Origin: Octopus sinensis
Taxonomy: Eukaryota
Direction of reading: 5' to 3'
NCBI RefSeq assembly: GCF_006345805.1
Contig: NC_043000.1
Location: forward strand, 127,224,001 to 127,288,000
Length of the DNA stretch: 64,000 nucleotides
Part shown: positions 1-64,000 of the stretch, piece by piece
Layout of the letters: every line of letters begins with the position of its first letter
How positions within the stretch are numbered: the first letter of the stretch is position 1
The notes under the pieces: generated by a model
What the model saw: only the letters and a program-made list of their open reading frames with translations
What the model was told of the DNA's origin: nothing
Databases searched by the model: none
Position numbers and translations under genes: made by a program

Positions 1-117
1 TGGAAAACTGGAAATGGACATCACTTGTATGGTGATGATGCTTATTTACAAGCATCACATGATGTCAGGACAAGAGTACACAAACAAATTTACACACAGA
101 TACACATACATACATAC

Positions 118-163
<46 letters not shown>

Positions 164-856
164 GCATTACAGATAATTTTTAGTTTCCATCAACCAAATC
201 CACTCATAATACTTTCTGTTATAAGCACAAGGCCTGAAATTTGGGGGAGGGGCTAGTCGATTATATCGATCCCAGTACTCAACTAGTACTTAATTTATTG
301 ACCTTGAAAGGATGAATGGCAAAGTCGACCTCAGCGGAATTTGAACACAGAATGTAACGACAGGCGAAATACCTCTATGCATGCTAATGGTTCTGCTTGG
401 AATTATAGTATAAGATATTTGCCCAAGGTGCTGTGCAGTGGAACTGAACACTAAACCATACGGTTGAGAAGCAAACTTCCTAACCACACAGCTATCTTGC
501 ATCCATTTTTGATTTAATTCTACATCCTTATCATCATCACCACCATCATCAACACTACCACCATCAACAACAACAACAACATAGCAGCATTTTTATTGTT
601 CACTCTTTGGTTTGCAATAAACCTGTGCAGTGAAACCCAAATTTTTGCCAGTAAAAACAGTATATATTTTTTATTCTTTTGCAAAAATGACTCACACACT
701 TCCTCTATAAAAAAATATGCCATCTCATTAACCAATCTAACTTTTATTGGTGACAAGACTTCTAAGAGAATAACAGCTGATAGCTTAGTAAAAATTGCTT
801 TACACTGAAACAATATACCTCAATTGGTATGAGTCATATAAGAACATTTTAAGCAG

Positions 857-914
<58 letters not shown>

Positions 915-1733
915 CTGAGCAAACAAAAAAAAATCTAATAAGGTCTCCAGCAATTATGTGGATAGCAGGAAGAAATAAAGTTCAGTTTTGTAGTAAAGGG
1001 AGATAGCGTTTATATGGTATTTCACAAATGTCAGTAATATATTTTATTAGATGACAACATGGAAGTATGATGTTTCTTAATAAGAGATTGAATGTTATAC
1101 ATACAGGGCTTCAGTCCATCAAATTGACCGTGCTTCAACACATGTATGCACAAGCCTAGGCAAGATTTTTTCTTGTTTTTGTTTCAGTAAGGCATGCTGT
1201 GTGGTTGAGAATCTTGCTCCTCTATAACATTGTTTTAGGTTCGATCCCATTGCGCAGCACCTTGGGCAAATGTTTTCTACTATAACTTTGGGCTGACTAA
1301 TTGCCTTGTGAGTGAATTTGGTAGACAGAAACTGTGTGGAAATTCATCATAAATATTTTCTTCGATTCTTTTATTTGCTTCAGTTATTTAACTCTGGCCA
1401 TGCTGAAGCACTGCTTTGAAGGGTTTTAGTCGAACAAATTGACCCCAGGACTTATTTTTTAAGGACTCATTCTGTCGGTTTCTTTTGCCAAACTGCTACT
1501 TACAGGGATCATAAATTCACCAACACAGGTTGTCAAGTAGTGATAGAGGACAAACACAGACACAAAGACACACACACACCTAAATATTTACATATAATGC
1601 TTATTGACTTGTTGTTACAAATTAATCTTGTCTCATGTTGCATAAATATTAAGAACATTATCATCATTTTTGCTCCATTCTTCTTTAATCGTTATTAAAA
1701 ATAGTAATATTAATGGTGTATCAGGAGATTTAC

Positions 1734-60856
<59,123 letters not shown>

Positions 60857-61353
60857 CTGGAATATAAGTGTCAGCTCAAATGTAATGTAACATCCCAAAA
60901 AAAAGAGAAAAAAATATAGCTACACTCCAATGCTCCAGCATGGCCAGTGGCTGAAACTGTTTTTGAATTCCCAATCTCTACTGTTGGCATTGTATATGGT
61001 GCAGTGTGTTTCTAAATAGAATGGAGTACATCGAATAATTGTATACTTACATATGAGAAATATGCATGTATGCATACATAGCATATGTGTGTGTGTGTGT
61101 GTGCGTGAGTTTGTGTGTGTGTGTGTGTTTACATGGTGGGGTGGGGTGGGTTGCTGAAAGGTTCCTAGCTTTAAAAGTATTGCAAAAGGCCTGGTTGGAG
61201 GCCCACCCCTCCTAGTTCTTTTACAGGGCTTAGAAAAACTGAAGGACCACTGCAATAATCTAAGAGGGGAATATTTTGAATAAAATCATAACTAACTGAT
61301 CCTCCAATGTGTGTGTGTGTGTCCATCCATGGATCATTATTATTATTACTATA

Positions 61354-62113
61354 TCATCATCATCATCATCATTTAATGTCCTATTTCCAAGCTGGCATGG
61401 GCTGAACAGTTTGACTGTGGAGAGCCAGTGGCTGCAACAGGTTCCAATCTGATCTAGCAATATTTCTACACCTGGATGCCCTTCCTAATGTCAACCACTC
61501 TGAGAGTGTAGTGGGTACTTTTTATGTGCCACCGGTGCAGGAGCCACTCATGCAGACCTGGCATCAATAACGGTCAGTCAGTGCTTTTTACATGCGTCCA
61601 GCACAGGGGCCAGTCAGAGGGGTACTGGCATCAGCCACATTCAGATGGTGGTTTTTAAGTGCCACCAGCATAGGAGCTAGTCAGGTCGACTTGGCATCGA
61701 CTGCATTTGGATGATGCTTTTTACATGCCACCAGCATGAGTGCCAGTCAGGTGGCAGTGGCCATAGCTACGATATTGGTTTTACTTGACTCAACAGGTCT
61801 TCTCAAGCACATCATATCGCACAACGCATCAGGGGTACTCTTAAATGGGCTGGACAAGCATGGCTGCGATCTCACTTTCATTGCCAGGTCTTCTCAATTA
61901 CAGCATATATCCAAAGGTCTTGGTCTCCTGTCATTGCTTCTGCAAGCCCTAATGTCCGAAGATCATGCTGCACCACTTCATCCCATGTCTTCCTGGGTCT
62001 ACCTCTTCCACAGGTTCCCTCAACTGCTAGGGAGTGGCACTTTTTCACACAGCTATCCTCTTCCATTCTCGCCACATGACCGTACCAGCACAGTCGTCTC
62101 TCTTGCACACCAC
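61354..62113 (-). mobile_element. 5'-truncated RTE-clade LINE, same family as 52360-53309
   Basis: ORF 61878..62108 ERRLCWYGHVARM...GRGRPRKTW; (GAT)n tail at 61354-61372. Confidence 0.9.
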
Positions 62114-62356
62114 ATTATATATCATTAGCATGCTGGATGAAATGCTTAGCAGTATTTCACCCATTGTTATGTTCTCAGTTCAAATTCTGCCAAGGTCAGC
62201 TTTGCCTTTCATTCTTTCGGGGTTGATAAAATATGTACCAGTTGAACAATGGAGTCGATGTAATCAACTCATCCCCACCTCCCCCAAGATGCTCTTGTGG
62301 CAAAAATTTGAAACAATTATTACAATATATGTGTGTGTGAGTGTGTGTGTGTGTGT

Positions 62357-62402
<46 letters not shown>

Positions 62403-62786
62403 TAAGTGAAGGCAGTTGGCTTACTGGTTAGAGATGCTGCACTTACAATTTCAAAATTGAGGTTTCATTCCCAAAACCAGCTGCACATTGTGTTCTTCAA
62501 TAAAACACATCATTTAACATTGTTCTTGTACATTCAGCAGCAAATAGGCAACCCTGTGATGGTCTGGTATTCCATTCAGGAAGAATGGCATGTTTGCCTG
62601 TCTGCCTGCCTAGCCAGTATGGTGGCATGGTTTGAAGTAGAAACAATGCAAAGAACATTGTGATCAGTGAATTATAACAATATTTGATAGTCTGATTGAT
62701 ACCATGATGTGTGTGTATGTGTGTGTGAGAGAGAGAGTGTGTGTGTATGTAGAGGTGTGGATTATTTGTGTGGTTAAGTTGTTCTA

Positions 62787-63018
62787 GGCAGTGAGCTGGC
62801 AGAAACATTAGCACGCCAGGTGAAATGCTTAGCAGTATTTCGTCTGCTGTTACATTCTGAGTTCAAATTCCGCTGAAGTCAACTTTACTTTTCATCCTTT
62901 CGGGGTCGATAAAATAAGTACCAGTTATGCACTGGGGTCGATGCAATCGACTGAATCCTTTTGTCTGTCCTTGTTTGTCCCCTCTATGTTTAGCCCCTTG
63001 TGGGCAATAAAGAAATAA
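62787..63018 (+). mobile_element. SINE family B, full length
   Basis: tRNA-like head gctggcagaaacattagcac...gagttcaaattcc; body cctttcatcctttcggggtcgataa; A-rich tail. Confidence 0.9.
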
Positions 63019-64000
63019 ATATTAAATAGTTCACTTCCCAACTATGCGGTTTTAGGATCAACACCACTGCATGATTCCTAAAAGAAGTGTCTTCTACTCT
63101 AAAACCAGGCCAACCAATGCCATGGAAGGGAATTGGGTAGATGGAAACTATAGTCAGCCTGGTGTGGATGGGTGGGTGGGGGTTGAATTATATTGATGCT
63201 GACATTACTGATGTTGACATTATGACCAGCCGCTGTACATTTTTGAAGGTCTGTGGAATAAAGATATCCCTAAATAGAAAAACAAGCAAAGAAGGTGACA
63301 AGAAGAGGATTTGGCTGTAAACGCCATGTCTCATATACATCTCTACCCAAACTAATGCTAGCATGGAAAACTGGAAATTAACTGAACAATAGCATTTTCA
63401 TGATAGATGCCTACATATGATGATTTTTTCAAGTGGAATATGGCTGTTGTACAGCACCCCGTTACATATAATATATAATCAGAACCAGAGCCTAGTTCCA
63501 GTGCCAAGACACTAAGAAGACTCTGATTTAAGGCTCACTTCAAGAGTAGTTATTTATGTTCTGTCAGAAAGATCCACAAAAAAATTTGAACTCGGGACTG
63601 AAAACTGATGAAGAATTCACCAATTTTGCAACACTGTACTTTTGCATACAATAACAGGGTGTTCCTATCCTACAAATTTGTATTTACAGCTAGGTTCACT
63701 AAATTTCTTGAATGTTAAGTGGTTAAATGTCTAAATCATAAGATGTATGCCACTATCTTGCATATATACATGGATATATAATTTATTAATAATCATGATA
63801 TTTTAAACGTCTAACATCCCATATTTTCATTAATTGTCTTTCCTAATTCTGCATCTATGAGAGTGAATATGTGTTTGTGTGTGTCCATCGTGGGCCACAT
63901 ATGTGTTTAGAATGACCAAGATTTCAGAAGCTATGAGCTATAGATTCAACACTTGCTAAAAATATTCTATCAGCAGAAAACTGAACAACAGTTCCAATAT

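Noticed and set aside
696-804. Exon-like segment on the minus strand (tttcag|TGT...T|gtgagt)
   Set aside because: 109 nt, breaks the frame, is not spectrin-like and does not match the expected 165-nt next exon; probably a pseudo-exon.

Overview
AT-rich, repeat-dense animal genomic DNA. The SINE and RTE families and the microsatellite load resemble an octopus or other coleoid cephalopod genome (inference from remembered repeat families, not a search). The whole window lies inside one minus-strand gene, a giant spectrin-repeat protein of the nesprin-1/MSP-300 type. I reconstructed 14 coding exons by hand (60856 down to 1734; 3057 nt, 1019 codons, no stops); start and stop lie outside the window. 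Two introns need GC donors. The repeats form a four-repeat super-repeat. One 24.3-kb intron holds a candidate alternative last exon. Introns carry three tRNA-headed SINE families, RTE and CR1-like LINE remnants, a gypsy LTR remnant, a mariner fragment, Helitrons, several MITE types and many microsatellites. Structural oddities include a 130-bp near-perfect palindrome, a pre-miRNA-like hairpin, a degenerate hammerhead-ribozyme motif and a 117-bp direct repeat flanking one exon. No rRNA, true tRNA, CRISPR array or intact transposase/RT was seen. Repeat boundaries were read by eye and are approximate; no searches or folding programs were run.
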